Part shown: one piece after another, positions 48,173 to 57,279 of the stretch | Layout of the letters: every line of letters begins with the position of its first letter | Numbering within the stretch: position 1 is the stretch's first letter | Virus record (IMG/VR): IMGVR_UViG_3300003322_001263 | Reading direction: 5' to 3' (one strand) | DNA length: 64,000 nucleotides | Origin: an uncultured virus (IMG/VR IMGVR_UViG_3300003322_001263) | Lineage: Duplodnaviria > Heunggongvirae > Uroviricota > Caudoviricetes | Notes under the pieces: model-generated | Seen by the model: the letters and a program-made list of their open reading frames with translations, nothing else | What the model was told of the DNA's origin: nothing | Database searches by the model: none | Translations under genes and position numbers: made by a program

Positions 48173-48362
48173 AATTATTACCGGTTGCAGCGATTGCCCT
48201 TTTTATGCGACTAGCAATTTAGGTAACCCGCGTTGTAAGCTTAACCTAAGATTAAAAATATATCTTAGCGATCAAATAAAAGGTATGAGTGATTTGTTGC
48301 CTACTACCCCGCAAGCATGCCCACTAAAAACCCAAGCCATAATTATCACATATGAAACTTAA
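48132..48362 (+). CDS. Small Cys-rich protein
   Basis: CSDCPF...C...CPL. Confidence 0.55.
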   Translation: MNYNQMQTNKPKTKIITGCSDCPFYATSNLGNPRCKLNLRLKIYLSDQIKGMSDLLPTTPQACPLKTQAIIITYET

Positions 48363-48747
48363 ACTATTATTTGCTTTATTGGTATGCTCCTGTGCGTTAT
48401 ATAGCCAAACATATAAATTTAACCGTCAAACAATAATACATTTTGATAACGAACATAGAAGTCACACCGATACTTGGCAAATACAGCTAACCGTAGAGGT
48501 GCAAAAGAAAATTATTATATTAAGCAGGCCACCAAATGGCGCAGGCGAAAAACCATATGCAGATACGTTATTCATAAAAGATACTGACAAAGAACGCCGG
48601 GACAAGCGCGACGTTTTTACAAAGTACAAAATAAAGGACGGTCGCATATTGCTTATATATGGCGACGATTATATAACCATGTGTACCAAAGAAACAAAAG
48701 AACATAAACGGACCGAGTATGTTTTCTATAACCAAAATATTGAATGA
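48352..48747 (+). CDS. Secreted/exported protein
   Basis: Signal peptide MKLKLLFALLVCSCALYSQ. Confidence 0.6.
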   Translation: MKLKLLFALLVCSCALYSQTYKFNRQTIIHFDNEHRSHTDTWQIQLTVEVQKKIIILSRPPNGAGEKPYADTLFIKDTDKERRDKRDVFTKYKIKDGRILLIYGDDYITMCTKETKEHKRTEYVFYNQNIE

Positions 48748-49030
48748 TCAACTTATGACTGGCCGTATTTCACAAAAGCAATGCAGCGTAGATGGCTGCA
48801 ATAATAATGCAGCATACAGCGCGCATTTATCTTTGGCAGTACATGCAAATCATGATCCAATTATAACGACGGCTATTGTTTATTTATGCGAACAGCATAA
48901 GGATAAGCCAACATGGGAAGAATTATGTGTTGATCATAATTGGGATGCTATTTGCAACAGCATTATAAGCATTGGTAGGCAAGCGCCAAAAAAAGAATTT
49001 AGTAAAATTATTATCCACCCATTGCCATGA
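48719..49030 (+). CDS. Zinc-binding hypothetical protein
   Basis: CSVDGC...LCEQH. Confidence 0.55.
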   Translation: MFSITKILNDQLMTGRISQKQCSVDGCNNNAAYSAHLSLAVHANHDPIITTAIVYLCEQHKDKPTWEELCVDHNWDAICNSIISIGRQAPKKEFSKIIIHPLP

Positions 49031-49635
49031 ATTTGCCTATAATTATAGTGCCCTACCGGGATAGAGAAGAACACCTTTGTAAATTTTTAATTCGCATGGA
49101 AAGAGGCGTGCATAGTACTATTCCCATATGTATAGTAGAACAAGCGCATGGCCGCGCATTTAATCGCGGCAAGCTGCTTAATATTGGCTATTTAGAAAAC
49201 CCCGGTTATACCCATTATATATTCCATGATGTGGATATGCTGCCATATGGCATCGTTAATTACATGATAAAACCAACTATACCGGTAATTCAATTAGTGC
49301 GCAGCGATATACAGGTAATGGGCTATCTTGGCGGAGTAACAAGATTTAGCAGCTTTACTTTTAAAAAAGCCGGTGGTTATAATAATGATTATTATCATCG
49401 TGCCGAAGATAATGAAATGGCGTTTAATTTAAAACGGTTAGGTATAAGTGTAATAAATAAATTTACCAAATTTGAACCGCTACCACACGAACGTAAAGGG
49501 CCGGAGTTTGATCCGGCCCTGTGGCAGAAAGCGCAATTAAGGCGCAAATTTCAAAATCAATTACAAATATGCGAATACAAGTTAATCAATACAAAGGAAA
49601 TTGGTAATGTAAAGCATATTGTTGTAGATTGTTAA
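49027..49635 (+). CDS. Glycosyltransferase family 7 (beta-1,4-galactosyltransferase-like)
   Basis: IIVPYRDREEHL, FNRGKLLNIG, FHDVD, GGY.N.Y...ED. Confidence 0.9.
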   Translation: MNLPIIIVPYRDREEHLCKFLIRMERGVHSTIPICIVEQAHGRAFNRGKLLNIGYLENPGYTHYIFHDVDMLPYGIVNYMIKPTIPVIQLVRSDIQVMGYLGGVTRFSSFTFKKAGGYNNDYYHRAEDNEMAFNLKRLGISVINKFTKFEPLPHERKGPEFDPALWQKAQLRRKFQNQLQICEYKLINTKEIGNVKHIVVDC

Positions 49636-50024
49636 TGCCGCTTTTTATCAAAAATATTTATGAGGTATATGCGCATCATGCTTCGGTTATCTTTAATAAC
49701 CGAATACATAAATTTGTAGGCTGGCCATTTTTCTTCTATGAACTTTTTAATAGTATGCCTGCTTTTAGATGGCACAATAAACGCCTGACCGGGCAATAAA
49801 ACCTTAACCGTTTCTTCTATACGCTTAAGCGTATGGGCTAAATCTGGGTTTAATCTGAAGCTTGGCGGGGCTGCTTCTATTTCAAATGGCTCTAATGCGC
49901 CTTCGTCTATAATATGCTGCCGTTTATTTTGCCTTTGTCTAAGTTCTGCCCAATGCTGTGTATTCTTTTTTACATACTGTCTTTTTGTTGGCGTTGCCTT
50001 TTTGCTGGCTTTTTTCTTTACCAT
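49632..50024 (-). CDS. Hypothetical protein
   Basis: 130 aa with basic N-terminus. Confidence 0.55.
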   Translation of the reverse strand: MVKKKASKKATPTKRQYVKKNTQHWAELRQRQNKRQHIIDEGALEPFEIEAAPPSFRLNPDLAHTLKRIEETVKVLLPGQAFIVPSKSRHTIKKFIEEKWPAYKFMYSVIKDNRSMMRIYLINIFDKKRH

Positions 50025-50059
50025 ATTTTATTTATTATTTGGTTTTTAAAAAAATTACC

Positions 50060-50491
50060 TTATTCTGGCGAACGGTCACGTACGCCTTCTAAAAAGTTTA
50101 TTATATCTGTAATACTTTCTGCGCCATTGTAGGCTTCGTTGCTGCAAAACATACTGTCGCCATATGCATTGCCCCATATATCAGGGTTACAATCAGCAAA
50201 TTTTTCAAGCGAACGTTTACAGGTGCGTGGAAATGATTCATCTGAAAATCCTAAATCGCTGGCCATTTGGTTAGCCCCATCTCTAAAATCTACTTTATTA
50301 TTTTCCAAGTCCAAGGTTGCCACAGCATACCAGCCAGCAACACAATGCACCGTTCCGCATTCATGCTCCACGCTATTAACATTAGATTCGTTCATATCAA
50401 GATGGCCTAACCCTTGTTCAAATGTTAATGGTAGTATTTTATAAAAGTTATCAATAACTACTTGCCATTGGGCTTTAGTTGGTGTATGCAT
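50060..50491 (-). CDS. Hypothetical phage protein
   Basis: CGTVHCVAGW motif. Confidence 0.65.
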   Translation of the reverse strand: MHTPTKAQWQVVIDNFYKILPLTFEQGLGHLDMNESNVNSVEHECGTVHCVAGWYAVATLDLENNKVDFRDGANQMASDLGFSDESFPRTCKRSLEKFADCNPDIWGNAYGDSMFCSNEAYNGAESITDIINFLEGVRDRSPE

Positions 50492-50496
50492 AATAT

Positions 50497-50718
50497 TTAA
50501 TTTTCAGATTGTTTGTAACCGTATTGTGCAAGTGTAGTTTCTAGCCGGTCGGCTGCTTCGTCGCTTAAATCCCAATTAGCGTGACCTTCCATCCAATGGC
50601 TAAATGCGCCACGGTCGTAATTAATACGCCTACATAATGCGGATAAATTAAATAAATCTCTTTCCTTTAGCCATTGTCGCAATAGCTCAGTACGACTGGG
50701 TTTCTTTTTTTTGGTCAT
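50497..50718 (-). CDS. HTH-like protein
   Basis: FNLSALCRRINYDRGAFSHWMEG. Confidence 0.6.
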   Translation of the reverse strand: MTKKKKPSRTELLRQWLKERDLFNLSALCRRINYDRGAFSHWMEGHANWDLSDEAADRLETTLAQYGYKQSEN

Positions 50719-50981
50719 AGTTGTTGCTGTTTTACTTTGTAAATGCTAACACCGGTCATTAATGGCTTGCGCCCATAATAAGCTTCGTAATCAACCGGGG
50801 TAAGTTGTGGCTTAATACGTTGCCATTCTTTTAGGCCAATATGTGGGCGTTCCGCATATACTGGCTCGTCTTTGCCCTTTTCAATAAACATTATCACGGC
50901 TCCATTATCCATGAAAATACTTTCGCCGGTGGCTGTGTAAGTTTTGCCCTTGCTGCTAAAATTTACATTATTGGTTTCCAT
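50715..50981 (-). CDS. Hypothetical protein
   Basis: 88-aa ORF. Confidence 0.55.
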   Translation of the reverse strand: METNNVNFSSKGKTYTATGESIFMDNGAVIMFIEKGKDEPVYAERPHIGLKEWQRIKPQLTPVDYEAYYGRKPLMTGVSIYKVKQQQL

Positions 50982-50997
50982 ATGTTTCGTATAATTA

Positions 50998-51336
50998 TTA
51001 TTCGCCCCAATTTATTAATGCTTGTGAAAGCACATTGGTTATTTTTAAAAATTCACCACCAAAGCCTTCGGGTATGCCTGCGTCCAATATGCGCTTGCGT
51101 ATACCCAATAAAACTTGAGCCATTTCGGGCGCATGTAATATTAATTGCGCATTAGCCTGACCGGTAATTATTTCTTTTTTACTAAGGCCATCATGCGGGA
51201 ACCAATTAACTTTAGCTATATAATTGTCATTGTTTGGTTTCTTGGCGTCTCCAAAAAATATTACATGGCTTTTATAAGCGTCGTATCCATTATAGCTGCG
51301 TGCTTTCCATGGGCCGGGTGTATGTAGCAATTCCAT
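50998..51336 (-). CDS. HTPGPW-motif phage protein
   Basis: HTPGPW...ANAQLI.HAPEM. Confidence 0.7.
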   Translation of the reverse strand: MELLHTPGPWKARSYNGYDAYKSHVIFFGDAKKPNNDNYIAKVNWFPHDGLSKKEIITGQANAQLILHAPEMAQVLLGIRKRILDAGIPEGFGGEFLKITNVLSQALINWGE

Positions 51337-51345
51337 AAGCTGGGT

Positions 51346-51807
51346 TTATTGTGTTATAATCCTAATTACTTCCGCAAGTATGGCGGCACGTTCTATCTTA
51401 GAACTTCGCGCATAATGTTGCCTGATAGGCTCTAGTGTCTTTATTAACTGGTTCGCCCTACCTTTGCGCTCAATTAAGGCTACGGTTTCGGCAGCCGCAT
51501 CGGCTAATTTCCATTCTATTAAATCGGCTTCCGTTTTCCAATACGCCACAGCTCGTGCTTGTTTATTGAATTTAACGCTTTTGCCACCATTTGTAAGTAT
51601 AACCGGCATAACAAGTCCTATACGATTAGTTTTAAATATTTTTTTATCAACATAAAACGTTTCCAATTCCTGCCGGGCAACCACTTGCCCATCGTTGTCG
51701 GCAAGGTCGTTAAGCACATAATATAAGTATTGTTTTTGTGGCGTGCGGCCTGCATATATAAAATATGCAGCCTGATCTGCTTGCGCGGCTGCGTTATTTG
51801 TTTGCAT
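51346..51807 (-). CDS. Hypothetical protein
   Basis: 153-aa ORF. Confidence 0.6.
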   Translation of the reverse strand: MQTNNAAAQADQAAYFIYAGRTPQKQYLYYVLNDLADNDGQVVARQELETFYVDKKIFKTNRIGLVMPVILTNGGKSVKFNKQARAVAYWKTEADLIEWKLADAAAETVALIERKGRANQLIKTLEPIRQHYARSSKIERAAILAEVIRIITQ

Positions 51808-52108
51808 ATGCTTTTTTTATTGCTTTAGTTAATGCTATTATTGCGGGGGCTTGGTCAGCCCCACGTATACTTAGTGCGTCTAATGCAAGTTGCGCAGCTT
51901 CAAGTAAATCAGGTGTGGCGGCAATTAATGCAATATTATGCCGTTGCTGCGCAACGCTTACTTCGCCATTTTGCAACAAATGGAATCGCCATTTTTTATC
52001 TGAAGTTAGCACGGTGAATGAGTTCGGTTCGCCGTTTTCATGTGACAACCACGGCCCCGGTGTAAATGGATAGGCATCATTTACTGGATTTATATTACTT
52101 GTTTGCAT
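51794..52108 (-). CDS. TPGPW-motif phage protein (paralog of 50998..51336)
   Basis: FTPGPW...NIALIAATPDLLEA. Confidence 0.7.
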   Translation of the reverse strand: MQTSNINPVNDAYPFTPGPWLSHENGEPNSFTVLTSDKKWRFHLLQNGEVSVAQQRHNIALIAATPDLLEAAQLALDALSIRGADQAPAIIALTKAIKKAYANK

Positions 52109-52493
52109 ATGCACAGGTTATGGCTTTTATAATTTGTTTTAGATTGCGGTTTACTACTTGTTCAAAGGCGCGCCGGTACATACATATGTCATAATCTCTT
52201 TGTTCCAAAGAAGCGTAAGAGCTTACATCTAGATTATACTGCGCAAAGTAAAAAGCGGAGTTGCTATGTTGCAATTTAAATTTATAAGCCTTACCAAGTA
52301 TACTAAGGGCCAACGTTGTAGTATATACGTTAATCTTTTTTGTTACCTGCATGTACGCAATACTTATATTAATAATGCCGGGCCAATGCACATCATTTGG
52401 TAAATTATCCGCTATGGCAGCAAACAAAAAGCCAGAATCTATATATTGCTGGTAATTGGTTATATGCACGGTAGGCATGGTTTCGGTATACAT
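52095..52493 (-). CDS. Hypothetical protein
   Basis: 132-aa ORF. Confidence 0.5.
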   Translation of the reverse strand: MYTETMPTVHITNYQQYIDSGFLFAAIADNLPNDVHWPGIINISIAYMQVTKKINVYTTTLALSILGKAYKFKLQHSNSAFYFAQYNLDVSSYASLEQRDYDICMYRRAFEQVVNRNLKQIIKAITCAYANK

Positions 52494-52503
52494 GGTGTAT
52501 ATT

Positions 52504-52731
52504 TTATATATTAAAGCTTTTTTGGTAAACGCTAATCAAATGCCCTGTTGGCAACCCTGCGCATGCCTCCAACATTCTACATAAATAAGTACCGTCCACC
52601 TGCTTTAGCATATATTCAGCTTTGCAAATATGCTGTGTGGTAGTAATATCACGCCCGCCATAATGGCGGCGGCTTTTAAAACTCTGTAGGCGTATATTAA
52701 TTATTGCGCCGGGTGCTGGTACTGCTTGCAT
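52504..52731 (-). CDS. Hypothetical protein
   Basis: 75 aa; first gene after the minus-strand promoter. Confidence 0.5.
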   Translation of the reverse strand: MQAVPAPGAIINIRLQSFKSRRHYGGRDITTTQHICKAEYMLKQVDGTYLCRMLEACAGLPTGHLISVYQKSFNI

Positions 52732-52749
52732 GTTTAATTATTTACCCCA

Positions 52750-52930
52750 CAAATATAGTTACAAGGCGTAATAAAACAAATATTTTTTTGTGTTGCAAGC
52801 AAACAAAAAATATTTTGCCTTATAAAATGTTGATTTATAATATTTTAAACCAAAATGCGTGCAAAAACAAAAAATTATTTGCCTAAAACTTTTGCAGATT
52901 AACAAATCTGCCTATATTTGCTATACCAAT
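52750..52930. promoter_or_regulatory. Divergent Bacteroidota-type promoter pair
   Basis: Minus: TTTG(52780)-19-TATATTTG(52757); plus: TTTG(52891)-18-TATATTTG(52913). Confidence 0.72.
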
Positions 52931-52951
52931 AACAAACTAAATAAAAACAAA

Positions 52952-53296
52952 ATGAACACCGCTAACATTACCACCCGCAATTATCGCACTTATTTGCTGA
53001 ACCAAGCCGCTAAAACTGGCGACCATGCATTAGCTAACCTTGCTAAAACTGCAATGCCCAATACTTTAAATAATTTATTTCGTAGCGGCTATAAGCTGCC
53101 GGTTAATATTAATTACGACGCATTGCGTGCTGCAATTACTGCCAATAAAGCCAATGGTGATGATATGGGGTCTAATGATGGCGTAAATTGGGCTATTGCC
53201 ACAGGCAATAATAACAGCTATGAAATAGTTATACATGTTAATTTTAACGGCACGTTATGCAGGCCGGTTTATCCTAAACAAGCTATAAAAGGTTAA
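52952..53296 (+). CDS. Hypothetical early protein
   Basis: ATG at 52952 after the promoter; stop lies inside hammerhead stem I. Confidence 0.6.
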   Translation: MNTANITTRNYRTYLLNQAAKTGDHALANLAKTAMPNTLNNLFRSGYKLPVNINYDALRAAITANKANGDDMGSNDGVNWAIATGNNNSYEIVIHVNFNGTLCRPVYPKQAIKG

Positions 53297-53342
53297 CTGA
53301 CGAGGCTTTATTAGCCGAAACCGGCCCGCGCCGGTCTTAACC
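53291..53342 (+). ncRNA. Type I hammerhead ribozyme
   Basis: GGTTAA-CTGACGA-GGCT(TTATT)AGCC-GAAA-CCGGC(CCGC)GCCGG-TC-TTAACC; GUC cleavage site after 53336. Confidence 0.92.
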
Positions 53343-53358
53343 ACTAAATAATTAAACA

Positions 53359-53634
53359 ATGAAAACCGAAATACACATTACCGGCCAAATAATGGGCAAT
53401 AGCCGTTTGCGCAATGCCATAATAACAGCGGACTGCCAAGAACGCCGCGGCATGTTTAACAGCTACATATTAACATTTAATACCAAAAAAGCGGCTATTA
53501 CGGCCCTTGGAAGGGCTTACCGGCACCTGCGCACTGAAGAACCCGGCATTGCTGGCAAAATTGGTGGCCTAAATTACAGCCGCGGGTATGCTTTAGCCTA
53601 TGATGCCAGCCGGGCGGTTTTGGTCGAAAATTAA
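53359..53634 (+). CDS. Hypothetical early protein
   Basis: 91-aa ORF. Confidence 0.6.
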   Translation: MKTEIHITGQIMGNSRLRNAIITADCQERRGMFNSYILTFNTKKAAITALGRAYRHLRTEEPGIAGKIGGLNYSRGYALAYDASRAVLVEN

Positions 53635-53639
53635 GGCAA

Positions 53640-53702
53640 AAAAATATTTGTTTAAAAAGTTTGGTAATCTGCAAACTCTTTGTATATTTGATATACCAAT
53701 AA
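53640..53702 (+). promoter_or_regulatory. Bacteroidota-type promoter
   Basis: TTTG(53660)-19-TATATTTG(53683); shares ATACCAATAAC with the 52.9 kb promoter. Confidence 0.72.
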
Positions 53703-53728
53703 CGGCATAACAAATAAAACTCAAAAAA

Positions 53729-53947
53729 ATGGCAACTTACCAAATAATGAAAGAAAATCAAAAGTTCGAAATGGTAGACGGTTCTTTAAAATTAGTAAGC
53801 AAGCCTACCAAAGTAAAGACAATTAAAGCAAAAGACGACGCCGCTGCAATTGCCGCTTTTTACAAATATGCAGTTAAAAATGAAGCTTTTGGCCTTTGCT
53901 TATTTTCTGTAGAAAACAACGATTTTGTAAAAACTTCTAACTTATAA
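53729..53947 (+). CDS. Hypothetical protein
   Basis: 72-aa ORF. Confidence 0.55.
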   Translation: MATYQIMKENQKFEMVDGSLKLVSKPTKVKTIKAKDDAAAIAAFYKYAVKNEAFGLCLFSVENNDFVKTSNL

Positions 53948-53974
53948 TCACACACACCTTTAATACTACGTAAA

Positions 53975-54385
53975 ATGAACACAGCCACAACAACCCCCGT
54001 AATTGATTACACCCGCATACAAAAAGAGATTTTTATGCAGCAACAAAAAGTTGCCCGTATGCAACAGTTTTTAATGCAACGCAGCCTTAAATTGGAGGCC
54101 GCTGCGCACGCTATAGAAAAATTTATGGAACACAACAGGTTAGTGCTGCCAAAATACACAAATGCCCATAGCACCGGCTGGGGAAGTAATGAATATTCAG
54201 ACGATAGCGATATGCTTATAGAATGCTTGGCCGTGTGTACCGAAGGGATTAAAAATATAGCCCTTTATACCAAAAGATTTACCACTAAGTGGGACGAACA
54301 AATGAAACACACTACCGGCATTAGCTTAGACCGGGTTATTATTGCGGGCGGCAAGGCAACCCTTCATCTGCGGGTACGTCCATAA
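53975..54385 (+). CDS. Hypothetical protein
   Basis: 136-aa ORF. Confidence 0.55.
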   Translation: MNTATTTPVIDYTRIQKEIFMQQQKVARMQQFLMQRSLKLEAAAHAIEKFMEHNRLVLPKYTNAHSTGWGSNEYSDDSDMLIECLAVCTEGIKNIALYTKRFTTKWDEQMKHTTGISLDRVIIAGGKATLHLRVRP

Positions 54386-54514
54386 CCGGTTATACTGTGG
54401 CGGCAAACAATAGCCGCCACAGTTCTAAATAAATTTGGTAGGTTTTCTAAAAGAAACTTATATTTGTACAAACAATAAGCTACACATATTTCTAAACTTT
54501 CAAAAAATTCTAAT

Positions 54515-55417
54515 ATGTCACGTAAACGCGTAAAAACAATTGATGCCTTTAATTTCAAAAATGGCACCCTGCAACAGGATAACCTTTTTGTAAACCCGCG
54601 GCTGGTAAATGTAAGCGAAGCCACCGGTTTTGAAACCATGGATGGTGTGCATAGCCTGCTTACCGTTACAGACCCCCACACAGGCATACAGACCGCTGTT
54701 AATGCTGTAAGTAGTAAATACGGCCACTTGCCTAACGAAGAATTTATACCGCTTATAGAAGAACGGCTTGAAGGTGCTGGCATTGGCTATGTACGCCAAA
54801 GTATTAACCGGCAAAATGTTGCATTTGCGGTTGACTACATACTTACCGACGACAACATGCACATTAATATTAAGAAGGGCCGGGATAAAATTAAGCCCAT
54901 GATCCGCGTGCTTAATAGCTATAACGGCAGCAGCAAGACAGAAGGGCATTTTGGGTTTTTCAGGGAAATTTGTAGTAATGGCCTGCATACCGCCAGCACT
55001 GCATTGAATTTTGCCATCCGCCACCGGGGTGACATGAAAAAAATTGTTATACCAAAACTGGAAGACCTTATTGCTGCCTTTATGGATAATGAATTTTACA
55101 GCATACATAAAAAGTTTGAAGTGTTGGCCGAAAAAGCAATTACCGACGTAGAAGGGTTTGTAAAATATACCCTTGGCGAAACCGGCTTACTTAAATATGC
55201 CAAAAGCGAGAAAAACCCAGACGATCCCAGCATTGGCGCGCAGTTTATAATTGATGTAATTAATAACGAAGCTAAAGAGCTTGGCACAAAGCCGAACCTG
55301 TGGCTTGGCTACAATGCGTTCAATGAATACATTCACACTCAAAACCAACAGGCATTCATGTTGCAAGAGCGAGCAGATCATAAATTGTTTGAAACTATTT
55401 TGGCGCAAGGTAACTAG
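54515..55417 (+). CDS. DUF932-family protein
   Basis: VS.KY..LPN, NSYNGS, GFFR.ICSNGL, IRH.G, NLW..YNAFNEY. Confidence 0.82.
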   Translation: MSRKRVKTIDAFNFKNGTLQQDNLFVNPRLVNVSEATGFETMDGVHSLLTVTDPHTGIQTAVNAVSSKYGHLPNEEFIPLIEERLEGAGIGYVRQSINRQNVAFAVDYILTDDNMHINIKKGRDKIKPMIRVLNSYNGSSKTEGHFGFFREICSNGLHTASTALNFAIRHRGDMKKIVIPKLEDLIAAFMDNEFYSIHKKFEVLAEKAITDVEGFVKYTLGETGLLKYAKSEKNPDDPSIGAQFIIDVINNEAKELGTKPNLWLGYNAFNEYIHTQNQQAFMLQERADHKLFETILAQGN

Positions 55418-55466
55418 CTTTGCATGGATATACCCATCCACGGCCCGGTGTTTCTACATCGGGCTT

Positions 55467-55700
55467 TTTGTTTATTTGAATATAATGTGTATATTTGTAT
55501 AATAAATATTTTAGTGGCGGTTCAATTATTTAATGTCCCGCATTTGTTAGCAGTTATTGGTATGTTTTTCATGGCGCGGGTGGTTTGTTTCCCGCGCCAT
55601 ATTTTAAACAAGGGCAATCGTTTTTCATCATACAGTAACAAAGATTAGGATTTTAGTTTAAGAAGTACGTGTGATCCCCTGTTTTTACAGGGGATTTTTA
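55467..55700 (+). ncRNA. Promoter followed by two tandem putative sRNAs, each ending in a hairpin
   Basis: TTTG(55467)-19-TATATTTG(55490); hairpins 55571-55600 and 55674-55695; no convincing ORF. Confidence 0.5.
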
Positions 55701-55731
55701 CTTATTCGTTACCGTTATAAAGATGTAAGCA

Positions 55732-56550
55732 ATGAGAATAAACTATAAAAATACTGCATTAGGATTACTAATCAACATGGATGAACGCCAATTTAGATTG
55801 GTTGACGATGGCGGGGTTACCACCCGCGAACAAAAAACAAGAATGGGCTTAAGCATTGTTAGGGAATGGCCTAAGATGCGCGATAGGTTTGCATATAATA
55901 TTCGTTATATGAGCAAGTCATTTTATGAGGCATACGAAAAATCAGTAATCAAGCTAGCGGATGTTCTAGATGCCGAACCAATGGACGAACATGGTACAAT
56001 TATATTTTCGCCTAATACGGGCGAAAATACTACTATATTTTACCATATACATACATGGGGTAAGGATGCAGATTTTAAAGTAGAAGCTGTAATCTTTATG
56101 TTCACTAGTCACGCCGATAAGGACAAGCCTGCGCTTGCTGCATTTATTCAAAAATACCCGAATGGTGGCGTAAAAGAATATATATCAAAAAAGGCGCGCG
56201 ATTTTGACATGACAGATGTTAGCATGTTCGCGGATATATTTACTTTGCTGCTTTTTATTAAATATTGCGATATTGAAACAAAAGTTATTGACCCAAAGAA
56301 GCAGCGTAAACAAGTGGTAGCAGGGCAAAAATATCTAAATGAAACCGATAAGCGCATAACTATATTAGATAGTACATGGTTTACTAATTTAGTAGTCAGT
56401 GGCGCATTTGGCGTAAGCGGTCACTTACGTTGGCAACCCTACGGACCGGGCCTAACACAAAAGAAGCTTATTTGGATTGACGACTATACAAAAGAAGGCT
56501 ATACCCGCAAAGCAAAAGTATTAACTAAAACAGAAAACAATGGAGGATAA
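55732..56550 (+). CDS. Hypothetical phage protein
   Basis: C-terminal V.GH.RWQPYG....K.IWI...K.G motif. Confidence 0.7.
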   Translation: MRINYKNTALGLLINMDERQFRLVDDGGVTTREQKTRMGLSIVREWPKMRDRFAYNIRYMSKSFYEAYEKSVIKLADVLDAEPMDEHGTIIFSPNTGENTTIFYHIHTWGKDADFKVEAVIFMFTSHADKDKPALAAFIQKYPNGGVKEYISKKARDFDMTDVSMFADIFTLLLFIKYCDIETKVIDPKKQRKQVVAGQKYLNETDKRITILDSTWFTNLVVSGAFGVSGHLRWQPYGPGLTQKKLIWIDDYTKEGYTRKAKVLTKTENNGG

Positions 56551-56731
56551 ACTACCATATACATATATTAGCCTAACTGAATTTAATGAAAAGGTAAAAG
56601 AATTTTCTAAGACCAATGTGCTTCTAAATAGTTTACTTGAAAATAAATATAGAACATGGCGGGAATTACCTGAGCATTTAATACAAGATTTATTTAAAAA
56701 GCTTGGGTGTAAGCCTATAATTTATAAATAA
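56540..56731 (+). CDS. Hypothetical protein
   Basis: 63-aa ORF. Confidence 0.45.
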   Translation: MEDKLPYTYISLTEFNEKVKEFSKTNVLLNSLLENKYRTWRELPEHLIQDLFKKLGCKPIIYK

Positions 56732-56737
56732 CCAATA

Positions 56738-56971
56738 ATGGAAATAACAGACTTCCCGGTAACAGTTGCCTATAATATGGCAAATAAAAAAATAGGCTGT
56801 GTATTAATTCAGGCCGCAATGGGCGCCACTATATCTAGATCATGAATTATCTTTGCTTTTGATACTAAATATTGGGAATTAAGCTCATCTAAATGTAAAT
56901 TGTATATCATAAATTCAAAAACAGAACTAGATTTCATGGTTCGAATAACAAAAGAAGCTTACAATGGATAA
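56738..56971 (+). pseudogene. 77-codon ORF interrupted by one in-frame TGA (56843-56845)
   Basis: Frame continues to a TAA overlapping the next ATG. Confidence 0.55.
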
Positions 56972-57278
56972 ACTAAAAATTGTCAATCCTACATCAATAG
57001 ACCTTGGCGATGCATTGGGTATTACAACAGATAGGCTAATAACCTTAAGCAAGGGCATGGATGAAATGGTAAACCGTGCCAGCGCTGGCGAAGTTCGGTT
57101 AGTGTACACCGTTGATATAATAAATTATATTCGCGGCTTATGCCACACAGAAGAAGAATTTATATGGGCGTATCATAACCATATAATATGGATGGCACGA
57201 ACAAATAGATTGTTTACTACCGCTGAGGCGCAAACTGTGGCAATAGAAAAATTTGGCAAGCCTTTCAATTTTAAATAA
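56964..57278 (+). CDS. Hypothetical protein (paralog family A)
   Basis: LKIVN..S......GIT..R. Confidence 0.6.
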   Translation: MDKLKIVNPTSIDLGDALGITTDRLITLSKGMDEMVNRASAGEVRLVYTVDIINYIRGLCHTEEEFIWAYHNHIIWMARTNRLFTTAEAQTVAIEKFGKPFNFK

Positions 57279-57279
57279 A

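Noticed and set aside
54364..55648. Antisense and shadow ORFs (54364..54783, 54518..55108, 55424..55648) and similar ones elsewhere
   Set aside because: They lie opposite or across well-supported genes or RNA structures and show no motifs
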